A DNA stretch of 64,000 nt from Octopus bimaculoides (Eukaryota): positions 37,816,095-37,880,094 of the forward strand of contig NC_068996.1 of the NCBI RefSeq assembly GCF_001194135.2. The letters are read 5' to 3'. Positions 25,589-38,014 of the stretch are shown one piece after another. Within the stretch, counting starts at the first letter, position 1, and every line of letters begins with the position of its first letter. A program made the position numbers and the translations under genes. The notes beneath the pieces are model-generated. The model was not told the DNA's origin, ran no database searches, and saw only the letters and a list, made by a program, of their open reading frames with translations.

Positions 25589-26276
25589 TATATATATATA
25601 TATACACACACACATACTTACATATGTGCATATATTTACATCCATGTATACACACATGTATACATGAATACATACATACACATACATGTACACCTACTCT
25701 ATCCACATTACAAGTTCAGGTTTATACCTGTAATTTTGGGGCACTGGAATATGTAGCACACTGCCTAAATACCAGTTATGAGAAATTAGGCTTCTCAAGC
25801 CAGAAAGGGGAAAGCTGATTTGAAGACTACAGATCCAAGCCATCACTAGAACTGTAAAAATCTGTAAAACTTTCCAAAAGCTTATCATTTAAGTATATAT
25901 GAGTATGTCTAGATATGCAACTATATGCATGAGAATACATGCACAAAACAAAACATACAAATCTGCACATGCACTGACTCCAAATGCTGCACATATACAT
26001 ACATGCAAAAACATCCTGTTGATATTTTGAGATTCCAATAAAGGAGTCTTGGATCTAGGTTAGAAACTGACTCTTTCTCTGTTGGCAAGAAATCTTGAAA
26101 TAAAGCTGAATAAGGACATACATGTATATAAAGAGGGAGAAAAATTATTACATTGGTCAATCATCATAGATTTTAACATCCATTTTACCATACTTGCATG
26201 AGTCGATATGAATTAAAAAAATTTCAAATGAAATGTAATATTAATTTATACTTTTTGTTTTTATCTTTTCAAGCAG

Positions 26277-26391
26277 GATTTGCTGACTCCTGTAAAAGGT
26301 GGTCCCCCAGATTTTGCCCCACCTCCTCCAGTTATGGTCACATTACCAACACCAGATAGATTAACACCACCTTCATTATCAAATGGCCAAG
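26277..26391 (+). CDS. FCHSD2: FCHSD2/Nwk-like exon: Pro-rich DLLTPVKGGPPDFAPPPPVMVTLPTPDRLTPPSLSNGQ
   Basis: Pyrimidine tract plus aagCAG acceptor, G|GTAAAT donor, 115 nt phase 0-1, open frame continuing from SH3b. Confidence 0.85.
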
Positions 26392-27129
26392 GTAAATAAA
26401 TTTCTTCTTATCAATTCAGGGTTACTACAGGTATACGTCTGCTATACTTTAAAAGCCTTTTAACTCATTCGAATTCTAATTTATAAGATTCTCTTCCACA
26501 GCAAAAGCTACTAAGTGTTCTAGATAGCCAGCTTTTTGCATTTTTCTCCCGGACTATTTTAAAATTCAATAAGTCTAATACACAGTCATTTTCTAAAATA
26601 AAAGTTTATATTATATATTTCATCAGCCCCTCGTGGTTTCTATGGCTGGATGCTCTTCCTAATGCCAATTGCTTAACAGAGAGTGTCAGGTGCTTTTTAC
26701 ATGCCACCAGCACGGGTGCATTTACACAGCACCAGCACAAGTGTTTTTATGTGGTACCAGCACCTAAAAAGACAAGCCTGTATGTATGGAAGACAGTAGT
26801 TTTACTTAACTTGACATGTCTTTTCAAGTACAGCCAATACATCCCCCATAACGATATTCTTTTTCTTCTTTCTTTCCTTTTCTTTCTCATTTTCTTCCTA
26901 CTCTTTGGCTCTAAACTTTTTGGTTGCTTTTTTGGGGGTTTTTTTTTCTTTTTTGCTATTGATTTTTCTGTTCAGTTGGACTCACCATTGTGTTATGGCT
27001 GACTTAGGAATTCTGTGCTGCATGTAAACTTCATTAAAGTAATTGCCACCTGATGATTAACTATGTTGAGAAGAGTTCATTGCCTAACACTTGTATATTG
27101 AGTGACAGCTGGTTAAGAAACATATACTC

Positions 27130-27625
27130 TTTACTCTTTATTCTTTTAGTTGTTTCAGTCATTTGACTGCGGCCATGCTGGAGCACCGCCTTTAGTCGAG
27201 CAAATCGACCCCAGGACTTATTCTTTGGAAGCCTAGTACTTATTCTATCGGTCTCTTTTGCCGAACCACTAAGTTACGGGGACCTAAACACACCACCATC
27301 AGTTATCAGGTGATAGAGAGGAGGGGCACAGACACAAACATATACACACACAAACATATACACACACATACATATATATATATACATATATATGACGGAC
27401 TTCTTTCAGTTTCCGTCTACCAAATCCACTCACAAGGNNNNNNNNNNTATACATATATATGACGGACTTCTTTCAGTTTCCGTCTACCAAATCCACTCAC
27501 AAGGCTTTGGTCAGCCCGAGACTATAGTAGAAGACATTTGCCCAAGGTGCCATGTTGTGGGAATGAACCCGGAACCATGTGGTTGGTAAGCAAGCTACTT
27601 ACCACACAGCCACTCCTGCGCCTAT
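27130..27625 (-). mobile_element. SINE family A, with gap-flank duplication
   Basis: Reverse complement of 10800-11205 type; 10-N gap at 27438-27447. Confidence 0.85.
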
Positions 27626-27973
27626 GTAGCTTCTCAATTTGGAACTTTATTTGCATTTTAAGCAACATTAGTTGCTAATAGTGAGCTGTATAAAAACTAT
27701 CCGTTTCACAGATTTTTTTGCAATTTCAATTTGGGGGAAAATGTGTAACCCTCAATGTCAATAAATTGTTATTGTATCTTACTGTATACTGTCCACTTTT
27801 TGTTCTCTATATTGACTGCCTACTGCTTGAAGCTTACAAACTTCCTACTTTTGGATCCCTGAACCATATTTATATATGGGATAGAACTTTCCTTAACCAT
27901 CAACATAAACTTTCTCACTCACATCACCTGGATCTTCTGAAAATGTAACTTCCCAGATAAAGTGCACTTCATA

Positions 27974-28065
27974 TTCAAGGTTCTGATGAAGCTATTGGAT
28001 GTTATGCTGATACTCAACTAAGAGTTCACCACATCTTATAGCAGAAACAGCTGTAAGCTAATGAA
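27974..28065 (+). ncRNA. Type I hammerhead ribozyme motif, intact core, intronic sense
   Basis: CTGATGA 27983-27989; stem II GCTAT/ATAGC, GATGT/ACATC and inner ACTC/GAGT; GAAA 28044-28047; palindromic stem III ACAGCTGT; triplet GUA, predicted cut after 28055; weak stem I ggtt/agct. Confidence 0.7.
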
Positions 28066-28248
28066 GTTCAATACATAACATTTGGTTTTTCTGATGTTTT
28101 TATTACCACTCTATATTCATATATTACTATGTTCTGGACCGTACATATATTGAGTTCTACACCAGATTATTAGTCTTGCTAAGTCTAAGCAAAATATCAT
28201 ATATATTAAGGCAATTATTTCTAAATATTTTTTTTATATAAATTTCAG

Positions 28249-28784
28249 CAAAAACTGATGATTCCACTTCAACAACAACTACTACTACAACCACAACCAC
28301 AGCTTCTACTGGAGAACAAGTATCTGAACCAAAGGAATGTGAAAAACCACCAACTTCTGACATTGAAGATTCTTCTGATTCTGCTGCTGCATCTGAAGAA
28401 ACCAAAGATGTAAATGCAGTAGCAGAGACTGAAGTAGTTGATGCAGAACAAAGCAAAACAACTGATTCTAGTAAGCCTGAAGAATCTACAAAACAAACAT
28501 CTGGTTCTTTGGATCAAGTAGAATCAGCTGTCGAGTCAGATTTATCTGACCAACAGCAGAATTTAGACTCTAAACCCGGCTCACTTGACCAGTCACAAGA
28601 TAAGGCAGAATCCATTGGAGACACTGAGTCTCTGGAGAAAACAGAATCATCATCTAAAACCAAATCTGCTAATGAATCAGAATCTTCTGAACAAGCAACT
28701 TCTCTGAAAGATTCAAGTTCACTGGATAAATCTAGTCTGTATGAGGAGACCAGTACAGACTCCAAAACACATGGGGAAGATTCT
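28249..28784 (+). CDS. FCHSD2: FCHSD2/Nwk-like exon: low-complexity Ser/Thr/Glu/Asp tail (~178 aa), probably alternative
   Basis: aatttcAG acceptor, phase 1 matching the previous exon, 536 nt open frame (KTDDSTSTTT...THGEDS), TCT|GTAAGT donor. Confidence 0.78.
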
Positions 28785-28882
28785 GTAAGTTTAAAATATC
28801 ATTTTTCAATATTTTCTTAATCATTTTCCATTGCAGGAAATCCTTAATTATGATTGTAGATTTATCTTTCTTTTTCTCTCAG

Positions 28883-28911
28883 AAAATGCTGGTGCAACTG
28901 AAGACTATTGA
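28883..28911 (+). CDS. FCHSD2: Probable terminal coding exon (ENAGATEDY* if joined to 26391; a different frame to 28978 if joined to 28784)
   Basis: Strong tctttctttttctctcAG acceptor; followed by U-rich UTR-like sequence. Confidence 0.5.
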
Positions 28912-29424
28912 TCTTAGTCCTCTCTTATTAAAACTAATTTCCACTACTACTCATCAGATCCACATATGGAAATACTAAGATTTTCTTATTATTTCTGCTA
29001 ATGTTGTTCTTGTGGATGTTATTTTTGTTCTCAAATGTACTGTTGTATACAATGACGCAATGGTATTTCTCTTTTATTTCATGTATCTTGTTCCAGAAAC
29101 AAAAAAGTTTATCCAGCTATCTCTATAGTTTAATTTCTTTTTGTGTTTCTTCAGTTTATTTTTGGTTTGTTTTTATTTGTAGATATACATTTTCCATTGA
29201 TTAAAAATGATATATTTTATAGGTTTTTTTTTATATAACTACACTGATAGTAGAAGACTTAAAGAACAAGAAAAATTGGTTTCCTAGTTTTAATCATAAT
29301 AATTATTAAGGACAGCAAGAATACTGAAGTTGCCAGTAAAAGGAAGTGTTGATAAGTTATAAAGAAAGGCTTTGTGGAAAACAAGACAGATGAGTAGGTG
29401 TGTGTGTGTATTATAATCTTATGT

Positions 29425-29441
29425 AGATCGGAAGAGCACAC
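29425..29441 (+). other. Illumina TruSeq adapter fragment (assembly contamination)
   Basis: AGATCGGAAGAGCACAC immediately before an N gap. Confidence 0.92.
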
Positions 29442-30532
29442 NNNNNNNNNNNNNNNNNNNNNNNNNNNNNNNNNNNNNNNNNNNNNNNNNNNNNNNNNNN
29501 NNNNNNNNNNNNNNNNNNNNNNNNNNNNNNNNNNNNNNNNNNNNNNNNNNNNNNNNNNNNNNNNNNNNNNNNNNNNNNNNNNNNNNNNNNNNNNNNNNNN
29601 NNNNNNNNNNNNNNNNNNNNNNNNNNNNNNNNNNNNNNNNNNNNNNNNNNNNNNNNNNNNNNNNNNNNNNNNNNNNNNNNNNNNNNNNNNNNNNNNNNNN
29701 NNNNNNNNNNNNNNNNNNNNNNNNNNNNNNNNNNNNNNNNNNNNNNNNNNNNNNNNNNNNNNNNNNNNNNNNNNNNNNNNNNNNNNNNNNNNNNNNNNNN
29801 NNNNNNNNNNNNNNNNNNNNNNNNNNNNNNNNNNNNNNNNNNNNNNNNNNNNNNNNNNNNNNNNNNNNNNNNNNNNNNNNNNNNNNNNNNNNNNNNNNNN
29901 NNNNNNNNNNNNNNNNNNNNNNNNNNNNNNNNNNNNNNNNNNNNNNNNNNNNNNNNNNNNNNNNNNNNNNNNNNNNNNNNNNNNNNNNNNNNNNNNNNNN
30001 NNNNNNNNNNNNNNNNNNNNNNNNNNNNNNNNNNNNNNNNNNNNNNNNNNNNNNNNNNNNNNNNNNNNNNNNNNNNNNNNNNNNNNNNNNNNNNNNNNNN
30101 NNNNNNNNNNNNNNNNNNNNNNNNNNNNNNNNNNNNNNNNNNNNNNNNNNNNNNNNNNNNNNNNNNNNNNNNNNNNNNNNNNNNNNNNNCTACACTGGCA
30201 GAGTCATCAAGTGCTTGTAAGACAAAAAAAAAAGTGAAAAGTTTTCTTGTAACGTGTAGGTGGAACACACAGGTTGGGGACTAGCAGATAGCAGTAATAC
30301 AGTGAGACAGGGCGTGTGGATGGAACACACAGGTTAGGAACTAGTAGAGAGCAATGATAAAGTGGTACAGGGCCAAGAAGACAGGGTTGGGGAGTGGGAG
30401 GTAAGCATAGTGCATGAAGCAGAAATATTGAGGGAAGAGAAGAGATGTAGAGACATGTTTGGGTTTGTTGTGGTAGGGTGTGTAAGAAGTTTTCTTGTTA
30501 AGTGTGGGTGGGACTCACAGCACTTCTAGAAC

Positions 30533-31090
30533 TCAGTTTTGCTGATATGTGTGGGTCTTCACTAGAACTTCATATCGCCAGACGTCTCGGTCCATTATCA
30601 TTTCTTCCGTTAGACCCAACGTCCTGAGATCAGTCCTTACCACTTCATCCCATGTCTTCTTGGGTCTCCCTCTTCTACAGGCACCATCCACTTTCAGTGA
30701 TTGGCACATCTTTATACAGCTGTCTTCATTCACACACATCACATGTCCAAACCAATGCAGTCTTCTCTCTTGCATGTTACATTTGATTCCTCTTATGCCC
30801 AACTTTTCTCTCAATATATTTGCACTTTGCCATACATGTGAACTGATGTTGCACATCCAATGGAGCATACAACCTTTGTTCCTCTCCAGTCTACACATGT
30901 CTTCTCCATTCAGAGCCCATGTCTCACTACCATGGAGTATAGCCGTTCGTACACAAACATCATATAGTCTACCTTTCACTCTGAGAGAGAATCCTTTTGT
31001 TACCAACAGAGGTAGTAGTTCTCTGAACTTCCTCCACCCAATTCTTATTCTAGAAACAATACTTTCAGAACATCCTCTACCATTGATAAA
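30533..31090 (-). mobile_element. RTE-clade LINE 3' fragment, long open frame
   Basis: SRIRIGWRKFRELLPLLVTKGFSLRVKGRLYDVCVRTAILHGSETW...RRLHWFGHV...RGRPKKTWDEVV...DRDVWR. Confidence 0.92.
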
Positions 31091-32373
31091 TTAGTCACCT
31101 TCAGGTGTGTTTATGTCCCCATAACTTAGCAGTTCAATAAAAGTGACTGATAGAATAAGTACTAGATTTACAAAGAATAAGTTCTGGGGTCGATTTGTTT
31201 GACTAGAGGCAGTACTCCAGCATGGCTGCAGTCAAATGACTGAAACAAAAAAAAGAAAAAAGAAATAGACAGAAAATTGACTTTTTAGAAGAATCTGTAT
31301 GTTTTAAAGTTTTTTGTTTGTTTGTTTGTTTTTTAAATTTCCTAAAACCTTGGTGTAAAAATTGTTTACAAAGAACACTTTTAGTACTTTTTACTTATTA
31401 TTTGTATTATGTTGTTGCTTATACTAAGTATTTAATAGAAATATTTCGTTCAATTAGTAAATTTTTCCTTGTCAAATATGTGTGTGTAGTAAATATTTGT
31501 TATTTGGGAACAGTTTTACTAATGTCTACTCTTCCTTCCAGACCCACTCAATGATATAGTAGGTGAGTAATTAAGGAGCTTGTCTATTGTATCATTCTTT
31601 TTTTTTTGTTGTTGTTTTGGCTCCTCACCAATTTTTTGTTTACTTTAATCATAATATGATATTGTAATAAATATTGTATGTATTGCTCTAAATATTTTTA
31701 TATATGTATGTATATGTATGAATGCGTGTATGTGTCTGTGTATGTGTGAGTGGATTTATCTCACATTGTATGTTTCAGTGGGTGTTTTTGTGGATCTATG
31801 CATTTATTTTCCTTCTTTCTATATGTTTCTTTTCAACATCTACTCTTTTCTGTAAATTTTGTCAAGATTTTAACATGGCCTTATTTCACAGAAAAATGTT
31901 CATTAATATATTGAAAAAAAAAATATCAATAAATGAAAAAATTATTAAAAGATATATTACAATTCATCATTACTGATACAATTGATTTTCTTTCTTTCTT
32001 TCTTTCTTTCTTTCCCTCTCTCTCTCTTTCTCTTTCTCCTCTTTCTCTCTCTGTCACACACACTTATACACCACATTCACCCTCTCAATCACACACAAAC
32101 TAGTATCATCTTGATCGCTATTTATCCATCACAGAAAAATATGTTAACCATAATAATATATTGTAAATTTTATAAGAATTAAATTTGTGCCATTTTTGTT
32201 CTACACTATTCTATTTTAACATCAACACAAAATTTATCTCAAATTCCTTCATCACAGTTTAAAACAGATTGTTGTACTGTATATTTGTGTGTATGTATGT
32301 GTATGTATTTATGTATGTTCATGTGTATGCTTATGTGTATGTGTGTATGGATACAAAGAAATAGACAGACAGG

Positions 32374-32404
<31 letters not shown>

Positions 32405-33621
32405 TTAGATATTACAGAATCACATATGGTTAACATACAGGTCATTGAAATCAACCAGAATTGTATCTTTAAGTTAGTTTCTAATCTTTACGATGGCATT
32501 AAGAAGCTTTCTCGCTACTAGACATATTGCATGACGAGAAAGAAGATAAACTTGACCAAAGATAGTGTACTGAGATTTTGTAGACCACAAGATGCCTGAA
32601 TTTAATATGAACTATGCTAGCAAGTCAAAAGAAATAATATATTTATGAGAAACCGTGGTGGAAAACAATGAGCTCCTTGTCTACTAGCATCTACTGGTGT
32701 ATCAAATGTATTTACATTACACAAATTTCTTTGCAGCTTCCTGTTCCACACTTCACTATGCTATTTAGAATGNNNNNNNNNNNNNNNNNNNNNNNNNNNN
32801 NNNNNNNNNNNNNNNNNNNNNNNNNNNNNNNNNNNNNNNNNNNNNNNNNNNNNNNNNNNNNNNNNNNNNNNNGAGAGAGAAAGAGAGAGAGAGAAAGAGA
32901 GAGAAAGAAAAAGAGAGAGAAAAAGAAAAAGAGAGACAAAGAAAAAGAGAGACAAAGAGAGACAAAGAAATTTAGGGAGAGTTGATGTTTTATTAAAAGT
33001 AATAGTGTTGATGGTAGCAGTGGGAGTAATAATAAGAGAGAGTGGGTATGTGAGAGAAAAAGGGATATGATGTACAACTTTGTTTTATCATGTCTCTTTA
33101 ACAGAAATTCCTGCAGCCAACATACGGAACCAACTACTGAAGGCTATCATTTTTGTTTCATTGTTTGCTTTCTTTAATACATACATACACACATACATAC
33201 ATACATAAATATATATACATATATATATATACATATCATTGGGATATTCTAACTTTACATATTTTTCTAATCTATAAGTATAGTTTATTCATACAAAACA
33301 TGAAATTGAAAGAAACCTGGCTTTTATTATTTTTTAATACAAAACATTCTGACACCCTAAGGAAAGAGAAAAAAATACTGTCACTGTTGTGTCTGCCCCA
33401 ATATTTATAACATGATACTCATCTCTATAATAGTGGGTTTTATTTTTCTAATTTGTAAATATTGTACTAATGTTTGTTCATGCAGAAACATGAAATTAAA
33501 AGATATCTGACTATATTTTTCAATGAGAAACATCGAAATTGCACAGTGTAGACATAGACATATTTCCAAACACATTAACTTACAAGCACACATACACGCA
33601 CACGCGCGCAGCCCGCGCGCG

Positions 33622-33788
33622 TAGCTGTGTGGTAAGTAGCTTGCTTACCAACCACATGGTTCTGGGTTCAGTCCCACTGCGTGGCACCTTGGGCAAATGT
33701 TTTCTACTATAGCCTCGAGCCGACCAAAGCCTTGTGAGTGGATTTGGTAGACGGAAACTAAAAGAAGCACGCCGTACATATATATATG

Positions 33789-33821
<33 letters not shown>

Positions 33822-34035
33822 ATGTTTGTGTGTCTGTGTTTATCCCCCCAACATCGCTTGACAACCGATACTGGTGTGTTTACGTCCCCGTAACTTAGCG
33901 GTTCAGGAAAAGAGACCGATAGAATAAGTACAAGGCTTACGAAGAGTAAGTCCTGGGTTGATTTGCTCGACTAAAGGCGGTGCTCCAGCATGGCCGCAGT
34001 CAAATGACTGAAACAAGTTTAAAAGAGTAAAAGAG
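33622..34035 (+). mobile_element. SINE family A, near full length
   Basis: Consensus-like body and tail. Confidence 0.9.
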
Positions 34036-35924
34036 TATATATATATATATATATATNNNNNNNNNNNNNNNNNNNNNNNNNNNNNNNNNNNNNNNNNNNN
34101 NNNNNNNNNNNNNNNNNNNNNNNNNNNNNNNNNNNNNNNNNNNNNNNNNNNNNNNNNNNNNNNNNNNNNNNNNNNNNNNNNNNNNNNNNNNNNNNNNNNN
34201 NNNNNNNNNNNNNNNNNNNNNNNNNNNNNNNNNNNNNNNNNNNNNNNNNNNNNNTATACTTAATTTTTCACAGAACTTTTCTTCCTTCTTGGCACCTTAA
34301 GGACAAAAAAAATTGCTTTTAGTGATGAGCGCACCCCATCCTTTTTTCATTATTTTTCCCATCCTAAAAGAGGTCACCATCCTTGTACTCATGTCTCATG
34401 CCAGTAGCTATACAATGGTAAAAAAAAACTAAATAAATAAATAAATGGTAAATTGAAAAGAAATCCTTTCCCCTCCCTCCCCTCTTTACCTGTCTGTGTA
34501 TCTATCTCTGTCTATCCATCTATCTACCTACCTACCTACCTACCTACCTACCTACCTACCTACCTACCTATCCATCTACCTACCTATCTATCCTATCAAC
34601 CTATCCATTTACCTATCTACCTTGTACTAGAACCTCACCTCCAAAAACAAAAACAATGTTCTTCTCTTCTAAACAAAACAAAAAAACACCTGATTTATAT
34701 AAATGAGTAAACTGCATATTCACAATTTTATTTGACAAGTTCAAAGACGAACGAAAGCGTTAACAATAATGACTAAATAAAAAAAAAACTTTCCAAAATT
34801 CTGGCGACCTCCACTTTTCTCAATATTCAATATCTGCACACCACTTCTAACACTCAAAACATACATCTATATAATAATGTCAAAACGAACTTCTGTGTGT
34901 CACTGGATCTCACTTTGATCTCCACCCTCTCACTATTCAATGACACTTCTACTATTCCACCTGCTGGGGTGAGAGTAATAGTAGGCATAGAGACAGTGAG
35001 GGCGGTAGTAGATTGACGGTTGTGATAGTAATGGGGTGATAGTAATATTGTGAACTGTAGTTGTGGAAGAGACAGAGGCGACAGTGATGATGGTGCTGAT
35101 GGTAACCGAAGCGGTCAGGTATGACGGTAATACTTCGATGCGCATATATATATATATATATATATATACGCACACACAGTAATCCCTTGCCGTATCGCGG
35201 CAGTAGTTAATATTAATGGCTATAGATGTTGTCTAGTCACAAGTCAGTTCTGATTGAGTAGATTTATGATCAAAGATGTTCCAGCAGTGACCCTCCCATC
35301 TTTTATTCAGACCAAGTGTATCTGGGACTAAATGATATAATATACAATATAGTAGTTAGTACTAGTGGCTGTAGTTGATGTTGTTTAGCCCTAGGTCAGT
35401 CTTGATCCTGGTAGATTTATGATCAAAGCGGTTCCAGCTGTGACCATTCCATCTTTTATTCAGACATAGTGTATCTAGGACCACTTTAATGTATTTTAAT
35501 TACGGTAATTAGCATTAGCAGCTATAGGTGTTGTTTTATCCCAACTCAGTCGTAATCAATCAGACTAATGATCAACGACGTTCCAACTGACCATTCTTTC
35601 TTTTCTTTTTGTATTTTAAGCACTACTATATCGCTTGCTCTGTCCTGTTGTCTTCTTAAGGAACTAGGATACAATCTTTCGAAGACTTGGCTGTTGTTTC
35701 TTGCAGATCAAACAGTCACATAGAGGAAGATTCTCTCATTGACTCAATGTATGTTGAAGCCAGCACTGGTATGATTTGAACTTGGAACTCAGAGAATTGA
35801 AGCAGAATATTTTAGTGAGACATATTGTCCATAACTTCTAAAGCATCACAAAATTCTACTTTTCCTTTTCTTGCATATTGATCTTTATATTGATCATGTA
35901 TATTGATCTTTATAAATGCACATG

Positions 35925-36250
35925 ATTTAATGGTTGTGGTAATTAGCTCCCGATCGTAAGGCCATGAGTTCGAAACCTATAGTGCATTGTGTTCTTGAGC
36001 AAGATACTTTATTTTACATTGCTCCAATCCACCCAGCTAGCAAAAATGGATAGTACCTATAATTCAAAGGGGGCAAACCTTGTCACATTTGGTATGTCAA
36101 ACTGAATCCCTCTGAGAAATACATTAGGGGTATGCATGTCTGTGGAGTGCTCAGCCACTAGCATGTTAATTTCACGAGCAGGCTGTTCCGTTGATCAGAT
36201 CAACTTGGAACCCTTGTTGCTGTGAGCAACAAAGTGCCAGTTACGATGAC
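35925..36250 (+). mobile_element. SINE family C copy
   Basis: gagttcgaaacc B box; body matches the reverse complement of 2975-3305. Confidence 0.75.
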
Positions 36251-36328
36251 AGTGATGATGACAGTTTTCATTGTGACAAAGCTTTTGCTGGGACCACCTC
36301 TTTATTTAATGAAATGTTTAGTTAGCCA

Positions 36329-36380
<52 letters not shown>

Positions 36381-36569
36381 CGCTTGAATATGTGGCAGGG
36401 TTAGAATGCCATGGATACAATTTTCAGGCTAAATATTTCATCTGATAAAGAGGTGGTCCCGGCAAAAGTTTTATTTTCTTGTAACCTCATACCTTCTTAA
36501 ACAATACTGTTCCATTTCATTATCATTGTGATGGTATATCACCATAACATTAAAAAAAAAAAAACTATC

Positions 36570-36885
36570 AGGCATGACTGTGCAGTAAGAAGTTTGTTTC
36601 TCAACCACATGGTTCTAGGTTCAGTCCCCTGTGTGGCAACTTGGGCAAGTGTTTTCTACTATAACCTTGGGTTGTCCAAAACCTTGTGAGTGGATTTGGT
36701 AGATGGAAATTTGAAAGAAGCCTTGGTGTGTTAGCAGTTCAGCAAAACAGACTGATAGAATAAGTTCTAGGCTTACAAAGTATGTCCTGGTGTCAATTTG
36801 TTCGACTAAAACCTATTAAGGTGGTGCTCCAGCATGGTTGCAGTCAAATGACTGAAACAAATAAACGAACAAAAGAATAAAAGAA
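36570..36885 (+). mobile_element. SINE family A, middle deleted
   Basis: Head and tail blocks joined without the microsatellite. Confidence 0.8.
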
Positions 36886-37450
36886 AAATTCTAGCTAATA
36901 AACAGTATTTTCATTGATAATAAACAGTACTGGCATAAGTACTAAACAGTATCACTATAGCTAATAAATTGTATTTTCATAGTTAATAAACATTATTATC
37001 ATAGTTAGTAAGTAATATTATCAAAGTTAATAAACTGTATTCTCATAGCTTACAGACAGCATCATCGTTGCTAAGAATCACTTTCATCATAGTTTTCAAA
37101 GTCAAGTTTCTTATTGCTTGGGAAAGGGCCAATTTTTATCCAGCCTTCTGTTACAACAGAATGTCTTTTATTTTTTCTTTCTTTTTTTTTTATTTTTGTT
37201 CTTTCCATGAATGTAACTAGTATTTAAATCATAGATAGAGAGAGGAAAGATGAAAAATAAATAAAAAAAATTTCACACAATAGTATGTTTTGAATACAGA
37301 ATTAATGTACCCCAAAATTCATAAAACATGATTCAGTCCTGAGTTGTCCAGTGACTTTTTCAAACTATCCTACAGATGTCCTCCACCAATAATTAGTGGT
37401 TTCAATTCAGATCATGTGAAATTTTGAAAATCAAACACTATTATCCAATA

Positions 37451-38014
37451 AAGTCATTCTCAACCACTTTTTTTTTTTTTGCTTATAGCCCCCCCCATTT
37501 TACTCAACTGGGCCCTTTTTGTCATTTGAAGTTTTGAAAATTACTATTATATAATTAAATATTTTTAGGAATTTCTTAAATTATTTAATTCTTTAAATTG
37601 GTTCAGCTTTAAAGCTGCAATCAAGCTGGGGCACCACCGTTGTATAAAAAATTGTTAAAATGTTTTGTGTATTGTAAAAGTATAACTGATTTATTTTAAC
37701 ACGTAAATCTTATGTGGACCCCATGTTGAGAATCACTGATCTAGACCGACAGATTAAATAAAGCACAAAATCTTTAAACCATCATCAACCATTTTTTGCC
37801 TGTGGACCCCTTTTGTTTCTGTTTTACTCAACTGGACCCTCATAGCCATATGAGCTTTTAAAAAATCCCATTATATTTTTATGACTAAATATTATTAAGA
37901 AATATATTTTAAAAATTGTTGAAATATTTTGTGTTGTAAAGGTATAACTGATTGGTGAGCATGAGTTTTAACAACAAAATTTTTAATGACCACCCCCCTA
38001 GTTGAAAACCACTG
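37451..38014. mobile_element. Two adjacent hAT-type MITEs
   Basis: Right ends GTTGAGAATCACTG (37738) and GTTGAAAACCACTG (38014), decayed left ends, shared gtggacccc and aaaaattgtt.aaat.ttttgtgt blocks; TSDs not confirmed. Confidence 0.6.

Noticed and set aside
27388-27497. Identical ~47-bp direct repeat on both sides of a 10-N gap
   Set aside because: Typical unmerged contig overlap inside a SINE, not a biological duplication
56-27625. Oppositely oriented SINE A copies in the gene as ADAR duplex partners
   Set aside because: Nearest inverted pairs are ~9-14 kb apart and diverged; too weak to report without editing data
28509-28820. Stand-alone 103-aa acidic ORF
   Set aside because: It is the 3' part of the 28249-28784 exon read into the intron
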